From contig CAZNPJ010000005.1 of NCBI GenBank assembly GCA_964575195.1, forward strand, positions 108,460 to 172,459: a stretch of DNA of 64,000 nt, read 5' to 3'. The position numbers and the translations under genes are program-made. This document shows positions 55,360 to 64,000 of the stretch, one piece after another; position 1 is the stretch's first letter, and every line of letters begins with the position of its first letter. Below the pieces are notes generated by a model, which saw only the letters and a program-made list of their open reading frames with translations, did no database searches and was not told where the DNA came from. This DNA is from an uncultured Phenylobacterium sp. (lineage in GTDB: Bacteria; Pseudomonadota; Alphaproteobacteria; Caulobacterales; Caulobacteraceae).

Positions 55360-55713
55360 CTAGGTCCGCGCCTCGCCGGCTCGGCTGGCGGTGATTTCAA
55401 GGCCTTCGCGGCGACCGACCGGCTTCACCGCGCGGATGTCATAAGCCCAGCCGTCGAAGGTCAGTTGATGTTCAGCGCCGAGGCCTGCCACGTCCGGCGT
55501 CCAGCGGATCAGAAAGCGATCGGTGACCGAGACGGACGTAGCCGCCAAGGCACGCGCACGCTCGTCATCGAGCACCGGCGTGTGCTTTGCCCACACCGCG
55601 CCGTCCGGCGCCGAACTTCCGAACGAAACCCAATCCACCCCGTCGGAGAGCGGCCCCTCGCTTGGGACCGCCCGCCGCAGGATGACGCGGCGATCAAGTT
55701 CGCCCGCGTTCAA
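55360..55713 (-). CDS. Head closure / head-tail adaptor (SPP1 gp16-like)
   Basis: AGELDRRV...VWA...FLIRW...YDIRAV...GLEI; TTG start. Confidence 0.85.
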   Translation of the reverse strand: MNAGELDRRVILRRAVPSEGPLSDGVDWVSFGSSAPDGAVWAKHTPVLDDERARALAATSVSVTDRFLIRWTPDVAGLGAEHQLTFDGWAYDIRAVKPVGRREGLEITASRAGEART

Positions 55714-55715
55714 CG

Positions 55716-56219
55716 TCAGGCGCCGATGACGACGATGTCGAAGGTCACGGACGACCCGGACCCGCCGTTGGCGATCTTCAGCAGATCGGCCGTCGCGGCG
55801 GTCAGCGCGAAGCCGTTGGCCGTCGGCGCGGTCAGCAGCAGAAGGCCGCCCGGCGGAATCTTGACCTTGTCGGTCGCCGACCCGAACATGCTGACGAAGC
55901 CGTTCGAGGCGGCGCCGCCGACCACCACATCGTTCGTATTCGCAGCGGCGGCCGAGATCATCAGCGCCTTGATCTTCGTCGGCGAGAACGTGGCGCCGAA
56001 CCCATCGGTCAGGGTGCCGTTGAGGTCGAGATCCTCAGAGGACGACGCGGAAAGGCTGCGGGTGTCGGAGAAGACCTTGTTCGCCTGGTTCAGACCCGCC
56101 CCGTTGGCGAAGCTGACCTTTTTGGTGACAGCGAACTTCTGCTCCAGCGTGGAGAGATCGTTGTCGCCACGATAGACACCGGCGATCGACGCCAGGATTT
56201 CAAGCGCAAGCGTGCTCAT
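55716..56219 (-). CDS. Phage hypothetical beta-rich structural-type protein
   Basis: 167 aa, Ser/Thr/Gly/Ala-rich, inside the head-tail joining module. Confidence 0.7.
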   Translation of the reverse strand: MSTLALEILASIAGVYRGDNDLSTLEQKFAVTKKVSFANGAGLNQANKVFSDTRSLSASSSEDLDLNGTLTDGFGATFSPTKIKALMISAAAANTNDVVVGGAASNGFVSMFGSATDKVKIPPGGLLLLTAPTANGFALTAATADLLKIANGGSGSSVTFDIVVIGA

Positions 56220-56280
56220 GTTGAGCCTCCGTAGGGTTGAATGTCAGGAAGGGCCGGCGATACGCGCCGGGGGAACGGGG

Positions 56281-57450
56281 TCAGGCCAGCACGAGGCGCG
56301 CGGCTTCGATCTTGGCGGACAGCGCCTTGACGCCATCGGCCAGGGTCAGGGCCTCGGCCGTGCGGGCGGCCAGTTGGGCGTCGCGGTCGGCCAGCGCGGC
56401 CTTGGCCGCCGCCAGCTCGGCCTTGGCGGACTTGAACTCGGCTTCGTCCAGCGCGGCGGCGAGGCTGATGTCCGCGCCGGGCTTCACCACGTCGGCGTCG
56501 TCGTCGCCCCGCTTGCCCGCGCCCGGCGCCACGGTATTTCCGCTGCGGATCAGGCCCGTGCAGGACGAGACGTTGATCGAGGCGCGGCCCTCCGGCTGCG
56601 GATAGGTGCTGACCGCGTTGCGGAGGATCCGCACGTCGCGGCCCTCGCTCACACAGATGCCGTGCGGGAAGGCGACGCAGATGTCGTTGTCCTCGATCAG
56701 CACACGGTCGAAGCCGCCGTCGTTCAACCGCTCGGCCACCGTCAGCTTGCGGCCATCGGCCAGGGTCGTTCCGGCGGGATAGCTGCGCGTGTGGTTGAAC
56801 ATGCCCACGCCCTGGGCGCGGCCCTGCATCTTGTTGCGGCGAATGACGATGTCGGCGCAGGGCGGCGAGGTCGCCCGGCTCCAGAGCTGCACACAGTCCG
56901 GGTGCGCGCCCGCGGGCGGCATGAACCCGGCGAACCGGTTGTCCTCGATCGTCACGTCCTGCGAGCTGCCGAACTGACAGCCATCCGTGCCCATGCGGCT
57001 GAAGCCATTGTCATGCACCCACGCCTTGCGGCAGCGGTCGCCGACGACGCCCGAGCGGACGTTCTGGAACAGGCCGTTCTTGACCTCGATGTCCTCGCAC
57101 CCGATCAGCCAGATTCCGTTGCCATCGACCTGCACCAGGTCGTCGCCGGTCACCGTCTGGCCGTCGAACACCAGGCGCTTGCCGCCGTCGATCCGCAGCG
57201 GATTGGCCCCGCGCAGCTCGCCGCCCTTGAACACCACGCCCGACAGGCGCGCGTACCAGCCCAGGGCTTGCTTCGTGATCCCGCCGCTGTCGATCACGGC
57301 GCCGGTCAGGTCCAGCGTCACCGACGGCGAGAAGTCACCCCCGTGGCGCATCATGCCCTTGAACACGCCCACCATTTTCAGCGTGTCGCCGCCCCGCACC
57401 TTCGGCCAGACGGCGGCCATGGTTTCGGGCGTCGCGGTCAGGATGGTCAT
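56281..57450 (-). CDS. Right-handed beta-helix (pectin lyase-like) protein with C-terminal coiled coil
   Basis: Repeats DIEVKNGLF, KAWVHDNGF, DVTIEDNRF, DIVIRRNKM, RVLIEDNDI, DVRILRNAV; HPDCVQ; start re-picked at ATG 57450. Confidence 0.85.
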   Translation of the reverse strand: MTILTATPETMAAVWPKVRGGDTLKMVGVFKGMMRHGGDFSPSVTLDLTGAVIDSGGITKQALGWYARLSGVVFKGGELRGANPLRIDGGKRLVFDGQTVTGDDLVQVDGNGIWLIGCEDIEVKNGLFQNVRSGVVGDRCRKAWVHDNGFSRMGTDGCQFGSSQDVTIEDNRFAGFMPPAGAHPDCVQLWSRATSPPCADIVIRRNKMQGRAQGVGMFNHTRSYPAGTTLADGRKLTVAERLNDGGFDRVLIEDNDICVAFPHGICVSEGRDVRILRNAVSTYPQPEGRASINVSSCTGLIRSGNTVAPGAGKRGDDDADVVKPGADISLAAALDEAEFKSAKAELAAAKAALADRDAQLAARTAEALTLADGVKALSAKIEAARLVLA

Positions 57451-57461
57451 GGCGCAGGCTC

Positions 57462-59336
57462 CTAGACGGTCTTCAGGTAGCCGCGCTCGGTCATCCCCGA
57501 GAGCAGCCAGGAGTTGAAGGCGAGGCGCAGGCTGGCCGAGCCCAGGTTGATACCGCGGCGGAAGTCGGTCGCCCGACCGCGCCACAACTCCTGCGGGACG
57601 ACGCCGTCAACGGACCCATCCGAACTCGCCAGCCAGGCGCTGGCGGGCGTGGCGCTCGAAGCCCCAGCCAGGGCGAACTTCTCGCGGTTGGCCTGGACGT
57701 CGGGGTCCCAATAGCTGCCGAAGACGGCGAAGTCCCCAAGCCGGAAGCGGCCGACCAGGGCGCCGGGCGTACCCGAGCCCACCGGGAAGGTGCCGTGACC
57801 GAAGCCGCGGATCGACCCCGCCAAATTGGCTTTGGCGCCGGGGTTGGCGACGATATGGGCTGTGGAGTTGGTCACCGACGTTGGCGTCACCGACGGGTTT
57901 ACGAAGTGCCGGACCTTGGCGATGCCGTTCGGGATGTCCCACGCCATCATCACCCAGCGGGCCGCCGTTGGCGCGCCGCCCGAGGTCCAGACGTTCGTCG
58001 AGAAGTCGGCGTTGAAGACGTTGCCCGAAGCATCGGAACCCAGCGTCACGTTCATGCCGCCGGTCGTCTGCATGGTGATGCCGGGCGCGATCCGGTTCTG
58101 CAGGCCAACGCCCGCCGCCGTGGCCTGGGCCCTGAAGATGATGAGCCCCGTCGCCGTGCTGGTGAGCTGGCCGGCGTAGGCCGCATAGAGGATGCTGGCG
58201 CCGTCGAACTCGACCAGGAAGCTCTCGCCGGCGGCCGCGCGCTCGCCCACCAGGATCCGCTTCTGCACCTTGTCCACGTAGCCGGATTTCCGGGTGCGGA
58301 CGTGCACTTCGGTGAGATCGCGCGCTGGGACGATTGCGGTCTTACGGGTAATCAGGCCCGAGGCCGAGACGTCATAGTCGGACTGCACATTGCTCGGCGC
58401 CAGGTCCACGCCGGACGAGACCGCCGCGTAGGTGTTCGTCGCGTTGTCCCAGGCGCTGTAAAAGACGATCGACCCGATGCTGTCGTTGATCGCCGGCGTT
58501 GACGGAGCCTGCGGCGTGATCCGCTGACGCAGCGGGTATGGGGTGCCGCCGTCGATGGCTTCGCGGACGTGAGCGACCTCCTGCCCGACCGTCTCGTAGC
58601 CGTTGTCGTTCATGTGTGACCCGTTGGTCATCATGGCCGACCGCGGCGAGTTCAGGCGGTTCATGTCGGTCGTGTCGTTGGCATCGACCGCCGTGTAGTT
58701 GTCCATCAGGGCGTAGAAGAAGTCGATGACCCGGCCCGGCGTGTCCTCGCTATGGAGGTCGAAAAGCAGCTCCTTGTTGTAGTAGGTGGCCGATCCGGGG
58801 GCCTCCGAATAAGCCGACGTGCCGTTCCAGGATCCGCGCGTGTTCACGCACATCAGGAAGGGGCCGACGCTGGAGATCGAGGCCCGTAGCGCGGCGAGGC
58901 CGGTCTTAACCGTCGTCAGTTCGGCGGCGCTGTCGACGCCCCCGTCGTTGTCACCGACGTGCAGGATGAAGAAGTCGTCGGCGGCGAAATTGCTGCTCTC
59001 GTTGTTGAACCGGGTCGTGACCATGGCGATCGTGTCGCCGTTGACGCCATGGTTATGCACCACCTTGCCATTGGTCGCCGTGTACTTCCGGTTCGTATAG
59101 GTGACCGAGCCGAATTGCTCGGTCGCTATGGTGTATGAGGGGTCGGCCAGGGCCGCCATCTTCTTGGTGATGTTCCAATTGACTTGGCCCGTGCCTTCCA
59201 TCGAAGACGAGCCATATCCCCAGACATTCCGCGCCAGGGCCGGGATCGTCGTTCCCGGCGTGACGCCGCCTTGCGTCACACCCTTCGGCCGGACCCCCAC
59301 GCCGAACGCCGACAGACCGTTGAGACCGTAGGGCAT
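57462..59336 (-). CDS. SGNH/GDSL-like hydrolase domain fused to a beta-sandwich region (putative head/neck fibre)
   Basis: GSSSMEG (block I), NHGVNG (II), HVGDND (III), NGSHMN (V); Ser/Thr/Gly-rich C-terminal half. Confidence 0.75.
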   Translation of the reverse strand: MPYGLNGLSAFGVGVRPKGVTQGGVTPGTTIPALARNVWGYGSSSMEGTGQVNWNITKKMAALADPSYTIATEQFGSVTYTNRKYTATNGKVVHNHGVNGDTIAMVTTRFNNESSNFAADDFFILHVGDNDGGVDSAAELTTVKTGLAALRASISSVGPFLMCVNTRGSWNGTSAYSEAPGSATYYNKELLFDLHSEDTPGRVIDFFYALMDNYTAVDANDTTDMNRLNSPRSAMMTNGSHMNDNGYETVGQEVAHVREAIDGGTPYPLRQRITPQAPSTPAINDSIGSIVFYSAWDNATNTYAAVSSGVDLAPSNVQSDYDVSASGLITRKTAIVPARDLTEVHVRTRKSGYVDKVQKRILVGERAAAGESFLVEFDGASILYAAYAGQLTSTATGLIIFRAQATAAGVGLQNRIAPGITMQTTGGMNVTLGSDASGNVFNADFSTNVWTSGGAPTAARWVMMAWDIPNGIAKVRHFVNPSVTPTSVTNSTAHIVANPGAKANLAGSIRGFGHGTFPVGSGTPGALVGRFRLGDFAVFGSYWDPDVQANREKFALAGASSATPASAWLASSDGSVDGVVPQELWRGRATDFRRGINLGSASLRLAFNSWLLSGMTERGYLKTV

Positions 59337-59340
59337 GGCG

Positions 59341-59649
59341 TCAGGCGCTCGCGATCATGGCGACGCGTTCGTTCGCCACGGTGACGTTGAACTCATAGGG
59401 GCCGCCCGCCGGCAGCAGATGCCCCGCATCCTCGGCCGCCGTGGGCGTGCCCGCGCCGTGCTTGGTGAAGGCGTCGCCGCCGGTCAGCACGATCCGCCAC
59501 ACCTGCCCCGGCTGGCCGGTCAGGTCCGAGAGCTGGCTCGACCCGGTCAGGGTCTTGGTGTCGGCGCCGATCTCGACCGAGTCCGGCGCGTTGATCCCAT
59601 TGACCCCGCGCATGCCGGCGGACAGCAGGACGATGTGCATTTTCGCCAT
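59341..59649 (-). CDS. Small phage protein (possible head-spike base)
   Basis: 102-aa beta-rich ORF between the connector and the large fibre-like gene. Confidence 0.65.
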   Translation of the reverse strand: MAKMHIVLLSAGMRGVNGINAPDSVEIGADTKTLTGSSQLSDLTGQPGQVWRIVLTGGDAFTKHGAGTPTAAEDAGHLLPAGGPYEFNVTVANERVAMIASA

Positions 59650-59727
59650 GGGCCAGGATCTCCAGTGCTGTTCGGGGTGTCGGGCGCGAAGTCTCTAAAG
59701 ACTTCGGCGCGGGCCGGTCGGCGGGCG

Positions 59728-60300
59728 TCAGGCGACGCCGAGCGGCCGATAGTTGCTGATGACGTCCAGGGCGCGTTGCGGGGTCGCCCCGCCCTCGCGA
59801 TCCTTGTGCAGGGCGCCGACCATGAGCTTCAGCGCGCCGATCAGGTTGCCGGGAATGTCCGCCGGGTCGGGACCGAAGCCGGCCTTGAATTCGATGCGGA
59901 CCGCCCCCGGCTCGCACCGGGTCGTCGGCCAGCACGTGCCGAAGGTGGGCGACAGGACGGCGGGGTCGATCCCCGTCGCCAGTTGATAGTCGCCGGGGTC
60001 GACCGCCTGCAGCACGCCGGCGACGTCCACATACTTGACCGACACGATCGCCGACGTCGGGCCGAGCGGGATCGCGATATGCCGCTCGAACCGATCCAGC
60101 GTCAGCCGCCAGGTCTGTTCGATCAGGCAGAACCCCTTGCCCTTCGGCCCGTCGATCTCCGCGATCGCGTCGGCGACCAGGCCCTCGATCACCGAGTCCT
60201 CATAAGCCCCCTCGACCTTCAGATGCGCCTTCGCATCCTCGACCGACAGCGCCAGGACCGCCGGCGCCGTCACAAGCGTCAGCCGGTCCCAGCCGCTCAT
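59728..60300 (-). CDS. Head-tail connector (gp6-like, phiE125 gp8 type)
   Basis: LSVEDAKAHL...LIEQTWRL...VRIEFKAGFG...ALKLMVGALHKDRE. Confidence 0.9.
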   Translation of the reverse strand: MSGWDRLTLVTAPAVLALSVEDAKAHLKVEGAYEDSVIEGLVADAIAEIDGPKGKGFCLIEQTWRLTLDRFERHIAIPLGPTSAIVSVKYVDVAGVLQAVDPGDYQLATGIDPAVLSPTFGTCWPTTRCEPGAVRIEFKAGFGPDPADIPGNLIGALKLMVGALHKDREGGATPQRALDVISNYRPLGVA

Positions 60301-60566
60301 TCGGAGACGGCCTTGCGCGGCGCACGCTTGCCACGACCGGCGGCGGTCTCGACGTCGGCGTGATCGGCCTGCGCCGTCTCGACGTCCGGCATGGCGTCGA
60401 TCTCCGGGGCGGTCGCCGTCGGCGCGCGGCTCACCGGCGCGTCGGTCGTCGCCTCGGCATAGCCGGCCTCGATCAGGCGGCCCGCTTCGTCAGCGTCCAC
60501 GTCGGCCACGTCGCCGGGGTGACGGTCGGGGGCGCCGGCCATCGAGACGAGATATTTGATCTTCAT
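60297..60566 (-). CDS. Small phage protein after the capsid
   Basis: MKIK...PGDVADV...EAGRLIEAGYAE pattern in the post-capsid position. Confidence 0.75.
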   Translation of the reverse strand: MKIKYLVSMAGAPDRHPGDVADVDADEAGRLIEAGYAEATTDAPVSRAPTATAPEIDAMPDVETAQADHADVETAAGRGKRAPRKAVSE

Positions 60567-60651
60567 GGGAGGTCTCCTGCGGTAGCCCTTGGCGGAGCCG
60601 CGCGACGCGGCTCGGCGAAGGGCCCGGCCCCGAAGGACCGGGCCGCAGGCG

Positions 60652-61926
60652 CTAGGCCAGCTTGAGGTGCTTCACGGCCGCGGCCGTGCCCAGCTCGCCG
60701 TCGAAACGGATCAAGCCGGCGATGCCCATGTCCGGCCAGAACCGCTCGCGCAGCACGCCGATGACCGGCGCGCCGACCTTGCGGACGTAGTAGCGGCCGA
60801 GGTCACCGAACAGGATCAGCTTCTGCCCCGTGGTGAAGGCGGAACTCATGTCCTGATTGATGCTGTAGTTGTAGCCCAGCAGCGTGCCGGGCGCGCCCGT
60901 GCGGACGTCGCCCATCTGCCACAGGTAGTTGCCTTGGCCGTCCTTGAGCTTGCGGATGGCCGCGAACACCAGGTCGTGGAACATGAACCGCGCCTTCGGC
61001 GAGCGGCGATAGGCCGGGTCCACCGAATGCAGCAGGTCGATGATCTCGTCCGCGGTGAAGGCGGTCGTCGATGCGGCGGTCTTGCCGGCCGCCGAGGCGG
61101 TGACGATCCCGTTCGGCGCCGAGCTGCCCGAACCCGTGGTGAGCTGGGCGTTGCCGATGCGGCCCAGGCGTTCGCCCAGCAGCGAGCCCAACAGGCTTTC
61201 CATCGAGAAGATGCTGTCGGAGTCCAGCTCCCACGACCACTTCACGAACTCGGTGTCGAAGCTGAAGGCGTCCAGCGACTTCTGACCGAAGGTCACGTCC
61301 TCCGAGCCATCGTCCGTCAGGGCCGCCGCTTCCGTGTGGGCGGCGCCGCTCTTGGCGGTGTCGTCGACGGTCGGGATCTTCAGCGGGTTGCCGCCCGAGG
61401 TCGTGATGACCGTGGCGACATCGCTGTCGTACATCGGCCCCCAATCCTTCATGGCCTTCTCGATGAAGCCCAGGATTTCGGTCGGGACGGTGAAGCCGCC
61501 GGCCGTGGTCGTGCCGGCCGTCTGCGCGCGCTGTTCGAACTTGGCCGTGCCGGCCCGCAGGACGGCGCGTTCCTCGGGTTCGAGGTCGGCGGGGTTCACG
61601 CCGCAGACCACCTTGGCGAAGACGTGGCGATAGGTGATCTCGGCGTCGCCTGGACCCGACTTGTCGTTCTCGGACGAGCGGTCCTCTTGGTTCGGGCGCC
61701 GGCCAGCGTTGGCGTTGCGCGCGCGCTCCTCGGCTTCGACGAGCTTGGTCTCGCGCTGGGCGCGGGCTTCCAGCTTGTCCCACTCCGCCATGGCGGCGTC
61801 GTGCTGGATCTCCAGCTCCTTCGAGCGGCTTTCGTCGGTCGAGGTGCTGATCTGGTTGAGACGCTCGCGAGCTTCGGCCAGCAGTGTGGCCTGCTTCTCA
61901 CGGAGCTCCCGGAGGTGCTGAGACAT
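60652..61926 (-). CDS. HK97-fold major capsid protein
   Basis: N-terminal coiled-coil delta domain, GGFTVPTE, GSGSSAPNGI, KLKDGQGNYLW, RFDG. Confidence 0.96.
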   Translation of the reverse strand: MSQHLRELREKQATLLAEARERLNQISTSTDESRSKELEIQHDAAMAEWDKLEARAQRETKLVEAEERARNANAGRRPNQEDRSSENDKSGPGDAEITYRHVFAKVVCGVNPADLEPEERAVLRAGTAKFEQRAQTAGTTTAGGFTVPTEILGFIEKAMKDWGPMYDSDVATVITTSGGNPLKIPTVDDTAKSGAAHTEAAALTDDGSEDVTFGQKSLDAFSFDTEFVKWSWELDSDSIFSMESLLGSLLGERLGRIGNAQLTTGSGSSAPNGIVTASAAGKTAASTTAFTADEIIDLLHSVDPAYRRSPKARFMFHDLVFAAIRKLKDGQGNYLWQMGDVRTGAPGTLLGYNYSINQDMSSAFTTGQKLILFGDLGRYYVRKVGAPVIGVLRERFWPDMGIAGLIRFDGELGTAAAVKHLKLA

Positions 61927-61996
61927 GGGGTTTTCCCTGTGTGGTTGGAGGATGTGAAAAGCCGGCCCTAGCGGGTCGGGTAGAACTCGCGTCCGA

Positions 61997-62596
61997 CTAG
62001 AGGCGCGAAGCCGTGCGGGCGCGCAGGTCGATGTCCGCGCGCAGCCGAAGGGGATTGGCCGCCGCCGGCGACCGCGATTTCAACTGACCGGCGCTGCGCG
62101 CCTCGGCCAGGCAGCGAACGCCGACCTGTGTGTCATCGTAGGCGGGATACGTCACCGGCGAGACGTCGAGCAGCTCGACCTCCAGAATGGTCCGCACCGG
62201 CAGCTCGCCGGTGTCGTCCCACTCTTGCCGCGTCGCGCGGAAGGCAAAGCTCGATTGGCTGACGTCGCCACGGTCGATCAGCGTGACCAGGTCACGCGCC
62301 CAGGCGGTGTCGGGCGTATCGACCTCGTACCGCAGCCCCTTTTCGTCTTCCGACAGACGCAGCGTCCCCGAGGCCGTCCGCCCCAGAACCAGGTTGTCGG
62401 AATGGTTGAACAGGCAGCGGACGTCGTCGCGCGCGATGGCCGCCGCGAAGGCGCCCGGCGCGATGCGCTCGATAAAATAATCCCCGATCCGCGCGTCGGA
62501 ATTGAACACGGCGGCATAGCCCACGATCTGGCGCGGCTGACCCTCAACGGGGGCGCGGCGTTCGATCTGGCCCAAGGTGCGGACTTCACGCGTCAT
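61997..62596 (-). CDS. HK97-family prohead protease
   Basis: GYAAVFN, LFNH, SFAF, DVSPVTYPAY; start re-picked at ATG 62596. Confidence 0.95.
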   Translation of the reverse strand: MTREVRTLGQIERRAPVEGQPRQIVGYAAVFNSDARIGDYFIERIAPGAFAAAIARDDVRCLFNHSDNLVLGRTASGTLRLSEDEKGLRYEVDTPDTAWARDLVTLIDRGDVSQSSFAFRATRQEWDDTGELPVRTILEVELLDVSPVTYPAYDDTQVGVRCLAEARSAGQLKSRSPAAANPLRLRADIDLRARTASRL

Positions 62597-63902
62597 CGGT
62601 CGATTCCCCTTCGGTGTTGCTTTGCGGATCGACCGGCATGTCGCCGATTTGGCCGGGCGGATTGGCGGTCTCGCCCGCCTTCTCCAGCGGAACGGTCGCC
62701 CCCTGGACAAGCAGGTCGTCGCCGCCGGGAAGCGGCGGCCGGTTCTCGCGGGCGCGGGCTTCGTTCGGCGTGAGCTGGCCGGTCTGGATGGCGCGGGCGT
62801 TGCCCTCCATCCGGGTTTTGAAGTCGCCGCGCTGCAGGCCGTCCATGCCGAGTTCGACGTATCGGGCGAAGTTTCGCGGGCCGTAGAACTTGGCGTTGCA
62901 CTCGGTTTCGAGCTGCTCGCACCAGTGCGCGACGGTGTGCTTCGAGACGTGCAGATCCTGCTGTTCGGTATTGGCGAACGAGCCGTGCGTCAGATCCTGC
63001 AGGAAGATCGGCGGCAGATTGAGGATGCGGGCGAACTGCTCGACCAGGAACCGTTGCCAATCGACGAGCTGGGCCTTCTGCGGATCGAAGGCCACCGGCA
63101 CAAGCTCATAGCCATCGGGCACGAGCAGGATCGGGTCGCCGTTCGCGTTCGCGCTGGCGATCGTGGCGTTCACGTCCTTCTTCGCGCGCGCCGCGGCGCC
63201 GGGCGAACCGATGGCGCCCTTGAGCGCCAGCGGCGGCACGCCGCCCTTGCCGAAGAACTTCAGCCCGTATTTCTCAATCACCAGGGCCAGGGCGAACAGA
63301 TCGCGATACCGCTCGACCGGGTTGAAGATGCTCACGCCGTCCAGCTTGTCGGCCCAGACCAGGTCGAGAACCTCGGCGACCGGATAGACCTGCGGCGGGC
63401 CGCCGTCGCGATAGACGAACCGCGTCCGCCCGCGCACCCGTTCCTTGGTCGTATGCCGCGTCTCCAGCGGCCACAGGTTCACTGGCTTGCCGCCGGCGTC
63501 CTGCTCGATCCACGTCCGCCCGGCGCCGGTCAGGAACACCGACCGCAGGCTTTGCTCGCGCCACTTGTAGGACGTCAGATAGTCGTCGTTCACCGTGCCG
63601 GCCAACATGCCGGCGATCATTCCGCGCTCGACGCGTTCGGTTCCGCCGGCGGCCTTCTTGAACTCATGGAACGGCAGCGCCGCCATGGTCCGCGCCAGGA
63701 AGTTCACGCCGCAGGCGTAGGCGGGCACGCTCATCACCGTGTCGGCGTTGACGACGATACCGACCGACACGGCCCAATCGGCCATGCCGAAAAGCGACGC
63801 CATGCCGGCCGTGTCCGACAGCGGAACGAGCGGGTTCTCAAGCGGCTGTTCGCGCTTCTCGCCCCCCTGCCCCCAACGGATCTCGACCGGTCCAAACCGC
63901 AC
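62586..63902 (-). CDS. HK97-family portal protein
   Basis: PAYACGVNFLA, FARILNLPP, SFANTEQQ, TPNEARARENRPP. Confidence 0.95.
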   Translation of the reverse strand: MRFGPVEIRWGQGGEKREQPLENPLVPLSDTAGMASLFGMADWAVSVGIVVNADTVMSVPAYACGVNFLARTMAALPFHEFKKAAGGTERVERGMIAGMLAGTVNDDYLTSYKWREQSLRSVFLTGAGRTWIEQDAGGKPVNLWPLETRHTTKERVRGRTRFVYRDGGPPQVYPVAEVLDLVWADKLDGVSIFNPVERYRDLFALALVIEKYGLKFFGKGGVPPLALKGAIGSPGAAARAKKDVNATIASANANGDPILLVPDGYELVPVAFDPQKAQLVDWQRFLVEQFARILNLPPIFLQDLTHGSFANTEQQDLHVSKHTVAHWCEQLETECNAKFYGPRNFARYVELGMDGLQRGDFKTRMEGNARAIQTGQLTPNEARARENRPPLPGGDDLLVQGATVPLEKAGETANPPGQIGDMPVDPQSNTEGESTDDA

Positions 63903-64000
63903 TAGGCCGCCCTCCCTATGCTGTAGTTTTCGTCTTCCCAGGGGCTCTCAGGCTCGGCCTCGGCCTCGTCGGGGCACGCCAGGCGCACGGCCATGACCAG
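63902..64000 (-). CDS. Terminase large subunit, 3' end (partial)
   Basis: Translates LVMAVRLACPDEAEAEPESPWEDENYSIGRAA*; stop overlaps the portal GTG; matches typical TerL C-termini. Confidence 0.75.
   Translation of the reverse strand: MVMAVRLACPDEAEAEPESPWEDENYSIGRAA

Larger units (their letters stand above)
43129..64000 (-). mobile_element. HK97-like temperate siphovirus prophage (partial; continues beyond the window)
   Basis: att boundary plus a colinear terminase-portal-protease-capsid-head/tail-tape measure-lysis operon on the minus strand. Confidence 0.95.

Noticed and set aside
46767-59336. Diversity-generating retroelement or invertible tail-fibre cassette
   Set aside because: No reverse transcriptase or invertase, and no adenine-variable repeat pair or long inverted repeats seen in this window.
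43129-64000. Gene transfer agent cluster
   Set aside because: A tRNA att site, lysis cassette, accessory genes and non-GTA tail genes fit a temperate prophage better.

Overview
GC-rich alphaproteobacterial chromosome segment. The gene set (divJ, a CckN-like kinase, mucR, a CtrA-family regulator, a PEPxxWA-CTERM protein) points to Caulobacteraceae, probably Phenylobacterium-like; this is inferred from recognition, not from a database search. Bases 1-43128 are host genes: two two-component systems, degP, ccmI-E-F-H, a DnaJ-class chaperone, Uup, an NMT1/THI5-type ABC transporter, prfC, divJ, sufE, mucR, acyl-CoA enzymes, ptrB, and a five-gene signalling cluster with a FixL/FixJ-like pair and a divergent CtrA paralog. 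From 43129 to the end lies part of an HK97-like siphovirus prophage, bounded by the 3' half of a tRNA-Gln gene (att site). The late operon runs on the minus strand: terminase 3' end, portal, protease, capsid, head-tail joining genes interrupted by four extra genes, tail tube, chaperones, tape measure, a very small tail-tip module and lysis genes. Small accessory ORFs sit between the lysis genes and att. Best leads: (1) a tandem LexA-box-controlled two-gene operon at the prophage end, whose first peptide resembles the CI/LexA self-cleavage loop; (2) a second CtrA-like regulator with an intact recognition helix and AA tail, co-transcribed with a sensor-less kinase; (3) an SGNH esterase plus beta-helix cassette in the head/neck module; (4) a PEP-CTERM protein with thioester-domain motifs; (5) a repeated-hairpin leader before the ABC transporter. 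All functional calls come from motif recognition by eye; many start codons were re-picked manually.
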